Counted from the stretch's first letter, positions 40,763 through 55,700 are shown. The stretch: DNA of 64,000 bases from Phoronis australis (GCA_002633005.1 NMRA01000008.1:2029942-2093941); one strand, 5' to 3'. A program made the numbers and translations. Notes: generated from the letters alone by a model not told the origin.

Positions 40763-43700
40763 CTGAAATAAAAAAAAATAAAATTTAAAACAGCCACATC
40801 CAAGAAAGCACATTTGTACCATGTGTCATTTCCAGGGAAATTTTGCGGCTACATATGTATTGCAGGACAAAGACATTCGGAGCTTCTAAACGGACATGAT
40901 GGTAAAAAATTCAAGATTTATAGCATTCTCGGTCCCACGAAATTGCGTCCACTAGAAAATATTCTTCTGTTCTTTCACAAAATTGTTGAGTTCCCTTCCA
41001 ATTTTTTGTGGGTTCGCAAGCACATTGTGTCTGCGCAACAGGAAGGTGCTTTGGAAAACGACTTGAGTGACAGACAGCTTCTAAAACGAAGGCCGCGCCT
41101 GAAAGATAAATTTTCTGTAGCCCTGATCGTCGCACAGGCCAAACTTTGACTGGGTGACATTTCAACGTTAGGCCACGCCCCGTTGGTTCTTGGTCTTCGC
41201 CAATTGTCCTATGTCGATGGTCAAACTAGTAAGATTTCCATCGTCGTCACCACTGTTATTAACCAGTGCTCATTGAGCAATAATTTTAGTTTTTGGTCAA
41301 ATTAGAAGTAAGAAATGGAAAACAAAAACGACGTTAGAGTGCAGCCGTGAAAACGATGTTTCGATATTAATAAAAAACATCCTCAGGTTAATACAGTAGC
41401 AAACCAAAATAACGTAAGAAATATTCTGTTACCATGTTTTGTTTTCTGTCAACTATTGTACCAGAGGATGATATTTGATTAATGTCGAAACGTCGTTTTC
41501 ATACTGCACTTTTTTACTCATTGAGCGCATCTAACCATGTGCTTAGAGATTTTCCTAGCTAATCATCAGCGCAGGATTAGTCTCCCCGGTGGGTATATCG
41601 CCTCCAGTTTTTGCTACTTACGTCTGACATTTTGCCGGTCAGGAAACCTTGGTCGCAGTAATCGTTTCCTAACGTGAGTGGTGAGTGCATAACTTTAACG
41701 TCACCTGACTGAGCCCGCGACCCTGAACGCGTGTTGTCGACGTACAAGGTCACTGTGTGCCCGTCGTAGATTAACACTACGTGGTGCCAACCTTCTTTTG
41801 AAACCTAAAGACGTAGAAAAAATTCAAATGAATGCTGAAACTATTATTTATCAATATGGAAAGGAAAATCCACGTTTAGTTTGATGGACTTTATAAACTT
41901 TTTCTTGATTCAACGCAGTAGGCCTGTGTAGAAACAAATTGCAAAACTTTGAATGAAAATGAACACTTTAATTTAGACCATGCGCAGACAAGAATATTTG
42001 TTATCAATAAAAAACAAAGAACGAACCGATGTTTTTATTTCCAATGTATCCCTGTGAACGTTCAACTCGCTCTGTGTGACCACGCCTGCTCCGATTTCCT
42101 TGCCATTAGTCCAAATGCTTATTGAACCATTTCCTGTTGAGGAAAATTACAATGGAAATCAACGTGGAATAACGGTACTGATCTCCGTGAACATTGTCCT
42201 CAATCCAACCCTGTATTGTTACAAAAAGCGCCTGCAACGGTCAGCATCGTTTATAATCCAGCACGCGTTTTAAATTGAAAAGAAAAATGAAAATGTGTAC
42301 AGTTTCATTCGAGTGTGTTGGGGAATACTGGTAGACGAAATTGGTCCCACACAGCAAGTAGTATTGCGTGCTCCTCATTAGACCACAATCCTATTTTTGC
42401 CCCTATGAGAACATTTTGCATCGCTAATGTTGGCTGACGTAGTAAATGACTACTGCGCGCGCAACACAAATGTATCTACAACCTTCGCTGTTTTGCTCCG
42501 TGGCTGCTGTGGGACTGATACTCTGCAGGATTATTCATTAATAAACTAAATAAGCTACAGCTTATGAGCCTCGAACAAAATAGGCCTCCTGTCCCGCGGA
42601 CTATCGAAAATGAAAATTCTGTGACGACCGGAGTGCAGACCATACCATCAGAGCCCTAGATGTTTATAGCTTAGGGCCCCCAAGAACTCGGAAATGAACG
42701 TACCATTTTTATTTTCAATTGTCTTTCAAACTGTACGTATGTATTTGAAAACAGGACTGTACGTGTACAATTCTTTGCACGTGTTCTCTTGACATATTAC
42801 CGTAGGCAGTTGCCGATCGCCTAGCAGACATACATGTAAAATTACAGAAACAGTGCTTAAAATCTAAAATTCGCCCCGTTTACTGAGCTGGCTAAAACGA
42901 AATCGAATTAGCCCTTTTACTCTCATAAGATCCACCTCACATTAATATTCACCGTGATAGGGTTCTATTTCCATTACCAACAAAAACCTGAAACCATCTG
43001 CGAGTTTTAAGAAAACGTTTCAGAGCTTATTGAGCTTGGCCAACCCTAAATTGCGAATTGGAAAATGGCGTAGATACGCTTTGCCTGTTCCTTAAATTGC
43101 TAATGGAAATATAATTCTATCACTGAAGGAATTAGTGAAGACTGATTTTACGAGAAAGCCTCATTCGGTTTTCGTTTTTTTTTTTTTTAGCTAGGGTGAA
43201 ATGCAACTTGAAATCTACAATGCAAACGTATCATTTGTACATCATGCTGTACTCACCTTTGCAATCACCGTTGGCCAGTAACCCGTTAATGCCCGTGGAC
43301 TCGTACTTGTACCAGAAGCTGACTGAAACCTTTTGCTTGAATTGGTAATTACTGAAAAAGGGCACTTCTATTGTGGATTTTCCGTCAAACGTGGCTGCAC
43401 CATTGATGATCTTGACGCCCCCGCTGTCAACATAACTGAAAGCGTTGCCCTTATTTCTGAAGTCGGTTGCTAGAGGGAGGTGGGCCAAATCACAATCTGG
43501 AAAAATTACTCATTCCATTTAGTGTCCACTCTAAGCGCTGTTTATGGTTCCAAATTGACTTGCGACAAAGATGAGGAGCGCAATGCTAAGCATAATATCG
43601 TCTGGTCATCTACAGTCAAAGAAATGTTTGTAACGAACGCTTAGAGGCGCTTCTCTTTGGTTGGTTTCAAGTATTGGTAAGAAGAAAAGACCCAATGTAC

Positions 43701-46700
43701 AGATCGTATGTTAAAATTTCCTTTTTCAACTATCTCATTCCAACGCTTTAAGAAATTGCAGGAAGCACGTTAGTAGGTACTTCTGCTTATGTTCGCTACA
43801 CCAGACCGTGCACATTGGTAATTGTGCTGCAGCAATGACTTACTGGTTGGTATCACGGTTTCCGAAGAGCACAGGCAAGTCTTAATCAAGAACACAGTTC
43901 CAGCGGGGCAAGTGTATCCTGGCAACAGTCGCTTATTCAAGTACACAAGGTAGTAGCGTCTCGAGTCCGCCTCGTCCTTTTCGTACACCCACGCCGCCCT
44001 CTTACAGGTATCTACACGAATGAAACAGCGAATGAGTTGCCGGTTGCTGACCGTACACCTAACCCTGTTATTGATGGTACTACAGCCAAGACACAGGCCC
44101 TTCACAGCCTCGAATCCAATTTTATCAAAAATGATATAATTCCAGGTCTATCGCAAAAATAAATGCAATATCAGAATGAAAACGTTCGTCATCTTATCAC
44201 TGAATTCACGTCATTTACCTCCTCCCTTTGACGTGACGCCAGGCGTCGTAGTTGTGGTGGTGGGAGACAAAGTCGTCAAGTCACACGTGTCAGCGCAACC
44301 GTTGTCAACGCAACTTTGTTTCAGAAAGTTAAAACCTGTTCCTGAGGCACAACACGTAAGTTGCCCCGACCTCGCTCTACAGACGTAGTACGCTGCACAG
44401 TTGCCAATATAAGGCTGTTTTGTCACTGCAATACAGAATACGTTAATTTATGTTCGGCATATGTTCCGAACGATATAAAGTATTTCCAAAGATGAAAGAG
44501 AAATCGGTTTTTGGCGAAGAAGATCGTTTATTATTACACTGCTATGATAAAAGTGACATGCAACAGATGAGATAGATAAGCTCAGGAAACAGTGTACGTA
44601 AAAAGCATTACAGTTTCATCAGTTTGCACACCAGTCTATAGCCACTAATCACTTGGTCGGTTCTTTCAAAATTGGTTTGGGTGACTATTTTCGCCAAACG
44701 GCTCTTGTGTTCAGATTGAGATTGAGTGTGAAGTTCAAATGCGCTGTTAATGACCCCTAGACCCAAGCTACAAACGTGAGTAAAATCTTGAGATTTTGAG
44801 TAAGAACTCGAGATTTCGAGTTCAGACTCGAACTTGTAGCTTTAATGTTGAGGTCATCAAGTGCAAAAGGAATACGCAGTCTCAAGTGCAAGTAGGTAGT
44901 CATCCATGTAAACTTTAATATATTCATGCACAGAATAAGACACTTATCGCGAGTTCTACTAAAATAGAACGGAATGAAATTATTAAAAGTAACTTCGAGT
45001 TCGATTTCATGCAAAAAGATTTGACCCCGGGCCCTAATTCGTAAATTAATGTCAAGCAAGGACAATTAACAAACGTGCGTTGTCACAAAATCTAGTTAAT
45101 TAACAAAAGTAAGAACTGGACTGATTCGCACACTGGCTAGACTGACGACGAAAAGTAGACATACCTGCTGGCGCATCTCGTGGACAAATAGCATTACTCA
45201 GAAAGACGCAAGAGAGACTCTTCTGGCTCCAGAATGTACACACGCCACACTTCCGGCGAATGCCAAAGACTGTGCCGTCGATATCCTTTTGACATTGGTA
45301 GAAACTGCTGCAGTCGTTGGGGTCTTCGTACGTGCCGACTCCGTTTCTTTGGGTTACGCAGTAATTACAGTAGGCTAAAACACATTATATCACAATATTT
45401 GCCTCGAATGGTAAATACAACCGTCTCTAGATAACGGGGGATAACGACTTCGCCATGTAATAATCTATATTTATCTGAACCGATTTCAAACTATACAGAG
45501 TGGTTTTTATTTACTTGTGTATGGATGATAGTCTAAGAAACATGTTTTCAAGTAAAATTTGAATGAATGACGGACACATTTTTAAAATAAAACATCAAAA
45601 TAAGGAAATCAATAAATGCGGGCCTTTGCTTTACACGCAACTGAAAAATAAGCCTATTCAGCTTACCTTTGGCGTCAAAACATTTGTTTGTGTTACACAG
45701 CTCATTTTGGGAGCTAGGCCCACTACATCCAATAGCTGCTGATAAACACTTGCGCGTGCGCCATCGATATCCGCCTCCACACGTTCTAGAGCACGTGGTC
45801 CACGTTCCCCACGCCGACCACTGATTACATGGGATATTCGAAGAACATGTCCTGAAAGAGTTTCACTGTGTGCATGATACCGAATTAAATAATTGGATAA
45901 CAGAACTGAAGCACATAATCCTCCATCACACAAGACAGAAGAAATAGAGAATCCTACACTCGTCTCAAGTGTATGATATGGGCAAAACTTATTGAAAATT
46001 TCGTCAAAATCCCTCGGAGAACCTCAGGATTTTGAAAAAAATTCCAAAAAGTTTTGCCCAGGTCATAAACCTAAGACGAGTGTAGGATTTGTTTTCTCAC
46101 ATGAACGGTAAAAACGATCTTTTTGCCGAAAAACTCGACGTGTCTAAAACGTTCTACCACAAGAGGCAACTTTTGTAAATACACCCTTGTGCAATGTAAA
46201 TTAAACCCAGTAACTTTCTGTTAATAATTTTGTTTTAAAATTTACAATTGTAAATTGCATGTAGCTTTCGTAACAAACGTTTAGTTAGAATGTAATAACT
46301 ACTCTTTGAAGTTGAAAGATTAAAACTTAACAAAATGTTTATAAGTAACACAGTCAGCAGGGCCTCCCCACGTGGTTTCTTGAGTTAGGGTTCGTCTCAG
46401 TTTGACTGAACGTGGATATGGAATTCGGTGGCAAAGATGATAAAAATCGCTTTTCCTCTAATTGAAGAGTAAGTAGAAACGAATTTTACAGTCATAAGTA
46501 ATCTAAATAAAAATTTAACATTTCCTAAAAAACGTGTATTGCCGCTTTAACTGTGGGAACAAAAATGTTAAGCTATAATTTCACATGCAATGATTAGTTT
46601 GATCTCCTGTCAAGCCTCAAGGATTTTTCACTTTTGTCATATTCTTTCATTCGGGTCCATCTGTCAGTTTTATTATGTTCGGCATAGGCCCGGAATGAAC

Positions 46701-49700
46701 TAATAACTTTGCTCCCATACCTCGTCTCTTTCGAACTTCCAGGGCACCCAGGCTGCCCTGGTACAGGCGGTGGGTTTGTACAGGTGCGGGNTACGTGCCT
46801 GAACACCAGTTGAACCGCACGGGGCGTTGCACTTGCTCCAAGCAGAAAATTCACTCCATCCAGGCACAGCTAGAAATAATCGCTGGCACAATAAGTTTGA
46901 GGGGGTAAGAGATAATTTCAATTCATCGTTATTTTTTAAATTTTCATACTTTGGGGTTTCGTCTTTGGCTATAAATCATCAAAAAATGTGGAGATCACCT
47001 ACTAGTTTTTCTGTTCCAGTCGCCTAAACAAAGGCATCTTTAGCATAAATCTGAAATTCATATAGGTTACATGAAAGGCCCCCTCTAATTAAAATGGCCT
47101 GGAACGCGATAAAGAGTCAAAATTGCAATATTGAAAGTGGCTCTCTGCTACTGAAACAGAATTCAATCAGCTCACCAGGTATTTTTAGGGTTTGTTTGTA
47201 AAGATTCTCAATTTCTCTTCATACCAAAACATTTTCTTTTAGTTTCAAATTTCAAAAAACGACCTGTCAATTGCTCTCCACTTCGTCGATTTTTATCACA
47301 CAAGGCAAAGCATGTCTCTCCTTGTTTGGTATGGCAAGACACAGACGTAACACAAATCCCTAATATGAAAAACGTGACCTTTAACTTCAATCGACTTCAA
47401 GCCACTGACTGTGAGCGCATGCGCGCATTTATCATAAGTGGGAGGGATATTAGAAACTCTGTGGTTACCACAGAGATTTTCCTTCGCGAGAATTTCAAAA
47501 ATTGGGGATTTTGTGATTTTTTCTAAAAAATTTCACAAAGAGGAAAGTGAATTACTCTGTACTAGACGTTGCGAAATGGTACTTTCGTCAGGAATTGTTT
47601 AAAAGATATTTTGACGAGCTTTCGCGTTCCATGCCCCTTTAATGTTTTGAGTCCTTTTCTTTGACCGATGCCGGTTTTATTTTATCCACGCCAATTCGAT
47701 ACACTTAGTAATTTTCTGCACGGCGTTGCAATGCACATATATTAAGTAATGCACACGATTATGGAAACCCACAGCGGAAAAAATCCAGGACACTTATTTT
47801 CTATTCAAGAATTAAATTTTCTGCAGGACCAAAAATATGTACTCAAGACCAAAATTTATTGCGCCAGGACCTATAATTTATCTCATCATGACCAAAATTT
47901 AACACGTCATGACCGAAAATTTATCGTGATAGGGCACTAAAGCGCATTACGTTATGAAAATTTCACACGTCAGGAAAATTTCATGCAAGGAAAAATTCAT
48001 ACGAGGAGACCACGTGACCATCCAGAAGCACGTGACTCCTCAAAGAGATGACAAAATAGGTACACAATGTCTCACCGACGACTGTCTCAATATCGTGACA
48101 GTGAGGTTGAATTTCTGTCGTCTGTTCAACGTTGTACAACAGAAGCCAAAGTACTCTTGGATACAATACACTTGAATACGCCGGCTGTATATTACAACGA
48201 CACGTGATCTCCTGGCATGAAAATTTCTGCTGGCAAGAAATTTTCTGCAGACAAGAAATTTTTTCCTCGCATGAAATTTTCTCCCGGCAAGAAATTTTCT
48301 CTTTGCAAGAAATTTTATGTCCTGGCGTGTTAAACTTTGGTCCTGATGTGATAAATTAGAGGTTCTGACAGGACGAATTTCAGTTTTGAGTATATTTTTT
48401 GTCCTACAGAGAATTTAATTCTTTCCTAGAAAATTTGACGTGTCCTGGAATTTTTCCGCTTGGTTTTCCATACACGATAATGTCACACGAACTTTCTATC
48501 GAAATAGCTTGTTTTTATGCGGTTTAATTATGTTTCTCGTTTCACTAAGTTAATAAGTAAATGCCTTTTCTTGATTTTGAATACCATCAATTCTTGGCGT
48601 TTTAAGTTGACTTTTATACAAAAAGCTACACCGCTAATCTTTTCTCTATGCCCAATTCAAGTCCTATGTTACAATTGATGGATATGAATATTCCACAATT
48701 GGATCATTGCGCATATGCTTAATCTGTCCGAAAAATGTCAGTTGTTTTTTTAGAATGAAAGATACAGTACAGTATCACTATTCACAACTTACGTTGACAC
48801 GGTTTCTCGGAGCACGTCACCGTTTCCGTGGTGTTACCATTGCACGTATTTCCGTTGCTGCATTGTCGTGCTCTCGTTCTAATACCTTCATCACACGATA
48901 CAGAGCATTTGGACCAAGCTCCCCACTTGGACCAAGCCTCCTCTAAAGGACATTTGGGAACCTGTGAAGTGGTGCATTCTTCAGATCCCAAGGCCGGGCC
49001 TTCGCACTCTGCGCCACCGTGCATAGGTGAAGGATCATTGCACTCTCTTCGTCTGGTTCTCGCCCCAGTACCGCATGTTGCTGAGCAAGAGGACCAGTTA
49101 GACCAATTCGACCACCCACCATTAACTGGGCAATTTTTGATAGAGTTATAACAGCGTTCGTATTGCATGCTCTCGCCGCTGCAGTGTTTGCCATTGTTTT
49201 GTGGAGCAGGGTTCGTGCACTGACGCGACCTGGTTCGGTTACCAGGGCCACAAGTGCCAGAGCACGCCGACCAATCGCTCCATCTACTCCAGTCTCCGTT
49301 GATCGGACATAGTTTAATATCATTCACGCATGTTTTAGTTTCAACCCCGACACCAGGGCATTGTTTACCACCATGCTGGGGATTTGGTGAAGTACAAGAT
49401 CTGGATCTAGTTTTCACACCTTTACCACAATCACCACTACATTCTGTCCAGTCTGACCAAGCGCTCCATGCTCCGTCCACGGGGCAGGGTTTTATTCCAT
49501 TTGTACATTTTCTGCTTTCCGTACTTAAACCAAAACATCCTTTCCCCCCGTATTGTGGGCTTGGTTTAGCGCAAATGCGATGTCGTAATTGAATACCAGG
49601 ATCACATGTTCCAGAACAATCTCCCCAACTTGACCACTGACTCCATTTACCGTCCACAGGGCAATTAGCAATTTTGCCTTGACAGTTTACCCAAGCCAAA

Positions 49701-52700
49701 CGTGGACCCATGCACTCCTTACCACCAAATTGCGGGTATGGGTTGCTGCATTCTCTAGATCTCGTTTTAGTTCCAAAACCGCAAGTTACAGAACATTTCG
49801 AAAAGTATCCCCAGTTAGACCAGACACCATCAATCGGACAATCAGCGACTTTCGCAGTGCAACTTACAATTTCCGATGATTTGCCTTCACAGTTGGAGCC
49901 CATATATTGTGGTGGTGGGTTAGTGCACGTACGAGATCTTTCGCGCGTACCTGAACCACACGAAACGGAACAATCTGTAAACTGCGACCACGATGTCCAC
50001 TTACCATCAATTGGACACTTTTCAACTGCATTTTTACACACTTCTATGGCAGCACTCAGGCCTTGACACTGTTTCCCACCGTGTTTAGGAGAGGGATTAG
50101 TGCACGTCCGTTTTCTCGTTCGCTCCCCTTCCCCACATGTTCCTGAACACCCGGACCATGCACCCCAAATCGACCACTGGCCATCGATTGGACATTTTCC
50201 CAATGAATTCACACACTTTTCTTCATCAAAACTAGGACCCAAACAATATTTTCCACCGTGCTTAGGAGCAGGACTTGTGCAACTACGTGTTCTCGTCCGT
50301 TCTCCATAACCACACGTTCCTGAACATTCAGACCAAGCACCCCAAGGTGTCCATTTACCGTCTAGTGGACAGTCTCTCACTGCATTCACACAATATTCTC
50401 GGTCTACATTTGAGCCGCTGCATTGTTTCCCACCGTGTTCAGGATAAGGATTTGTGCATGTCCGCAACCTTGTCCTATCTCCATCACCACACGTTCCTGA
50501 ACATTCCGACCAGCTACCCCAAACAGACCATGAGCCATCGACTGGACAGTTCCTAATAGAATTGACGCACTTTTGTTCACCAGAACCCGAACCTAGACAT
50601 TCCTTTCCACCGTGTTCTGGAGCAGGATTGGTGCATGTGCGTGTTCTCATCCGCTTCCCTTCCCCACACGTTCCTGAACACTCAGACCAGGCACCCCAAG
50701 GTGACCATTTGCCATTGATAGGACATTTTTTAACTGTATTCAGACACGTTTCTTTATCAGAACTCTGACCTTGACATTGTTTCCCACCGTGTTCAGGAGA
50801 AGGGTTGGTGCACGTTCGCATTCTCGTTCTTTCTCCGTCACCACACGTTCCTGAACATTCCGACCAGGAACCCCAAGGTGACCATTTGCCATGGATCGGA
50901 CATTTTTTAACTGTGTTCAGACACGTTTCTTTATCAGAACTCTGACCTTGACATTGTTTCCCACCGTGTTCAGGAGAAGGATTGGTGCACGTGCGTATTC
51001 TCGTTCTTTCTCCGTCACCACAGGTTCCTGAACATTCCGACCAGGAACCCCACAGCGACCATTCACCATGGATCGGACACTTTCCAATTATATTCACACA
51101 GTTTTCTTGATCAAAAGCAGGACCTTGACACTGTTTCCCTCCGTGATTAGGAGCAGGATTTGCGCATGTGCGCGTTCTCGTCCTTTCTCCATCACCGCAC
51201 GTTCCTGAACATTCTGACCAGCTACCCCAAACGGACCATGAGCCATCAACTGGACAGTTCCTAATAGAATTGACACAAGTTTCTTCATTAGAACCCGAAC
51301 CTAGACACCCTTTTCCACCGTATCCTGGAGCAGGATTAGTGCACGTGCGTTTTCTCATCCGTTTCCCTTCCCCACACGTTCCTGAACACTTAGACCACAC
51401 ACCCCAAGGTGACCATTTGCCATCGATAGGACATTTTTTAACTGTATTCAGACACGTTTCTTTATCAGAACTCTGACCTTGACATTGTATCCCACCGTGT
51501 TCAGGAGAAGGGTTGGTGCACGTTCGCATTCTCGTTCTTTCTCCGTCACCACACGTTCCTGAACATTCCGACCAAGCACCCCACAGCGACCATTTGCCAT
51601 GGATCGGACACTTTCCAATTGTATTCACACACTTTTCTTGATCAGAAGCAGGACCTTGACACTGTTTCCCTCCGTGATTAGGAGCAGGATTTGTGCATGT
51701 CCGGGTTCTTGTTCTTTCTCCATCACCACATGTTCCTGAACACTCGGACCAGGTACCCCAGGGTGACCATTTTCCATGGATTGGACACTTTTCAACTGTA
51801 TTCACACACTTTTCTTGATCAGAAACCGGACCCTGACACTGTTTCCCTCCATGTTTAGGAGCAGGATTTGTGCACGTCCGCGTTCTCGTTCTTTTTCCAT
51901 CACCACATGTTCTAGAACACTCGGACCAGGTACCCCAAAGGGACCATGCGCCGTCAACTGGACAGTTGCTCAAAGAATTGAAGCACTTTTCTTTATCAGA
52001 ACTCGAACCTTTACAACTTTCCCCGCCTTGTTCTGGAGCAGGATTGGTGCATGTCCGCGTTCTCGTTCGTTCCCCTTCCCCACAAGTTCCTGAACAATCG
52101 GACCACGCACCCCAAATAGACCATTTACCATCTATTGGACACTTTCCTATGGAGTTTACGCACTTTTCTTCATCAAAATTAGGCCCTATGCAATACTTTC
52201 CACCATACTTAGGAGCAGGACTTGCGCACTGACGTGTTCTCATTCGTTCCCCAACACCACATGTTCCTGAACACTCAGACCAAGCACCCCACAGCGTCCA
52301 TTTACCGTGTACTGGACAGTCTCTCACAGCATTCACACAATATTCTCGGTCTACATTTAAGCCGCTGCACTGTTTCCCACCGTGTTCAGGATGAGGATTT
52401 GTGCACGTCCGTGATCTCGTCCGCTCACCGTCACCACAAGTTCCTGAACACTCGGACCAGGCACCCCAAGGTGACCATTTGCCATGAATTGGACACATTC
52501 CGACAGTATTCACGCACTGTTCTTGATCAGAGCTCGGACCAAAACATTGCTTCCCACCGTGTTCAGGAGCAGGATTTGTGCATGTCCGCATCCTTCTCCT
52601 TTCTCCATCACCACACGTTCCTGAACATTCCGACCAGCTACCCCAAACAGACCATGAGCCATCGACTGGACAGTTCCTAATAGAATTGACGCATTTTTGT

Positions 52701-55700
52701 TCACCAGAACCCGAACCTAGACACTCCTTTCCTCCGTGTTCTGGAGAAGGATTGTTGCATGTGCGTGTTCTCATCCGCTTCCCTTCCCCACACGTTCCTG
52801 AGCACTCGGACCAGGCACCCCAAGGTGACCATTTGCCATCTATAGGACATTTTTTAACTGTATTCAGACACGTTTCTTTATCAGAGCTCGGACCTTGACA
52901 TTGTTTCCCGCCGTGTTCAGGAGAAGGATTGGTGCACGTGCGTATTCTCGTTCTTTTTCCGTCACCACACGTTCCTGAACACTCAGACCAGACACCCCAA
53001 GGTGACCATTTGCCATGGATCGGGCATTTTTTAACTGTGTTCAGACACGTTTCTTTATCAGAGCTCGGACCTTGACATTGTTTCCCACCGTGTTCAGGAG
53101 AAGGATTGGTGCACGTGCGTATTCTCGTTCTTTCTCCATCACCACAGGTTCCTGAACATTCCGACCAAGCACCCCACAGCGACCATTTGCCATGGATCGG
53201 ACACTTTCCAATTGTATTCACACACCTTTCTTGATCAGAAGCAGGACCTTGACACTGTTTCCCTCCGTGATTAGGAGCAGGATTTGTGCATGTTCTCGTT
53301 CTTGTCTTTTCTCCATCGCCGCACGTTCCTGAACATTCTGACCAGCTACCCCAAACGGACCATGAGCCATCAACTGGACAATTCCTAATAGAATTGACAC
53401 ACTTTTGCTCATTAGAACCTGAACCTAGACACCCTTTTCCACCGTATCTTGGAGCAGGATTGGTGCACGTGCGTGTTCTCGACCGTTTCCCTTCCCCACA
53501 CGTTCCTGAACACTCGGACCAGGCACCCCAATATGACCATTTGCCATCGATCGGACATTTTTTGACAGTATTCAGACACGTTTCGTGATCAGAACTCGGA
53601 CCTTGACATTGTTTCCCACCGTGTTCAGGATAAGGATTGGTGCACGTGCGTGTTCTCGTTCGTTTACCATCACCACATGTTGCTGAACACTCAGACCAGG
53701 CACCCCACAGCGACCACTTGCCATGGATTGGACAGTTTCCAACTGCATTCAAACACTTTTCTTGATTATAATCCGGACCTTGGCATTGTTTCCCTCCATA
53801 TTTAGGAGCAGGATTGGTGCATGTCCGCGTTCTAGTTCGTTCCCCTTCCCCACAAGTTCCTGAACAATCGGACCACACACCCCAAAGAGACCATTTACCA
53901 TCTATTGGACACTTTCGTATTGAATTTACGCACTTTTCTTCATCAGAATTAGGCCCTATGCAATACATTCCACCGTGCTTTGGAGCAGGACTTGTGCACT
54001 GACGTGTTCTCGTTCGTTTCCCGTCACCACACGTTCCTGAACACTCAGACCAAGCACTCCATGGCGTCCATTTACCGTCCACTGGACAGTCTCTGACTGC
54101 ATTTACACAATATTCTCGATCTAAATTTGGGCCGTTGCACTGTTTCCCACCGTGTTCAGGAGAAGGATTGGTGCATGTCCGCGATCTCGTCCGCTCACCG
54201 TCACCACAGGTTCCTGAACACTCGGACCAGGCACCCCAAAGTGACCATTTGCCATGGAGTGGACACTTTCCAATTGTATTCACACACTTTTCCTGATCAG
54301 AGTTTGGACCCTGGCATTGTTTCCCACCGTGTTCAGGAGCAGGATTGGTGCACGTCCGTGTTCTCCTTCTTTCTCCATCACCACACGTTCCTGAACACTC
54401 GGACCAGACACCCCAAAGCGACCACTGGCCATGGATCGGACATTTTGCAATTGTATTCACACACTTTTCTTTATCAGATGTTGGACCTTGACAGGGTTTC
54501 CCTCCGTGCTCTGGAGAAGGATTTGAGCATGTCCGTGATCTTGTCTTCTCCCCTTCACCACAGGTCCTTGAACACTCGGACCAGGCACCCCAAGGTGACC
54601 ATTTTCCATGGATTGGACATCTTCCAATTGTATTTACACATTTTTCCTGATCAGAACTCGAACCTTGACACTGTTTCCCTCCATGTTCAGGAGCAGGATT
54701 TGTACATGTCCGTGTTCTCGTTCTTAATCCATCACCGCATGTTCCTGAACACTCGGACCAAGCACCCCAAAGGGACCATGTGCCATCAACAGGGCATTTG
54801 GTAATGGAATTGACGCATTTTTCTTTATCAGAACTGGAATCTTGACACCCTTTTCCACCGTGTTCTGGAGCAGGATTTGTGCACGTCCGTGTTCTTGTTC
54901 TTTCTCCTTCTCCACACGTTCCTGAGCACGCAGACCAAGCACCCCAAATCGACCATTTGCCATGGATCGGGCACTTTTCGACTATATTCACACACTTTTC
55001 TTTATCAGAACTCTTTCCTTGACACAAGTTCCCACCGTGCGCAGGAGCAGGATTTGTGCAAGTACGCGTTCTCGCCCGTTCCCCTTCACCACACGTTTCT
55101 GAACACTCGGACCACGCACCCCAAAGAGACCATTTACCCTGTACTGGACATTTTCCTATTGTATTTACACACTTTTGTTCTTCAGAACTAGGCCCAAGGC
55201 AATACTTTCCGCCGTGCTTAGGTGCAGGATTTGCGCATCGGCGTGTTCTCGTTCGTTCTCCATCACCACACGTTCCTGAACACTCAGACCAAGCACCCCA
55301 CGGCGTCCATTTACCATCCACTGGACAGTCTTTCACTGCATTCACGCAATGTTCTTGATCAACTTTTGGACCAGTGCATTGTTTCCCACCATGTTCAGGA
55401 GAAGGATTTTTGCACGTCCGCGTTCTCATCCGCTCCCCGTCACCACAAGTTCCTGAACACTCAGACCAGGCACCCCAGAGAGACCATTTACCATGTATTG
55501 GGCACTTCTGAACTGTGTTCACACATTTTTCTTGATCAGAATTCGGGCCTTGACATTGTGTCCCACCGTGTGCAGGAGAAGGATTTGTACACGTCCGTTT
55601 TCTCGTCCGCTCCCCGTCACCACATGTTCCTGAACACTCAGACCAGGCACCCCAAAGCGACCATTTGCCATTGACTGGACAATTTTTCATTGTATTCACA

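Noticed and set aside
47208-47390. Signal-peptide-like ORF ([19 protein letters not shown]) that might start a separate TSP1-CBM14-LamG gene
   Set aside because: It begins with TTG, has an in-frame TGA three codons upstream, no ATG and no convincing donor. The giant exon's GTAAGT donor is already phase-compatible with exon 46869.
48782-48792. ORF-track stop (…CQRKL*) as the true end of the TSP1 protein; ORF-track start at 58150
   Set aside because: A consensus GTAAGT donor follows 48793 and an acceptor lies at 58176-58177; the track 'start' is a GTG inside the exon.
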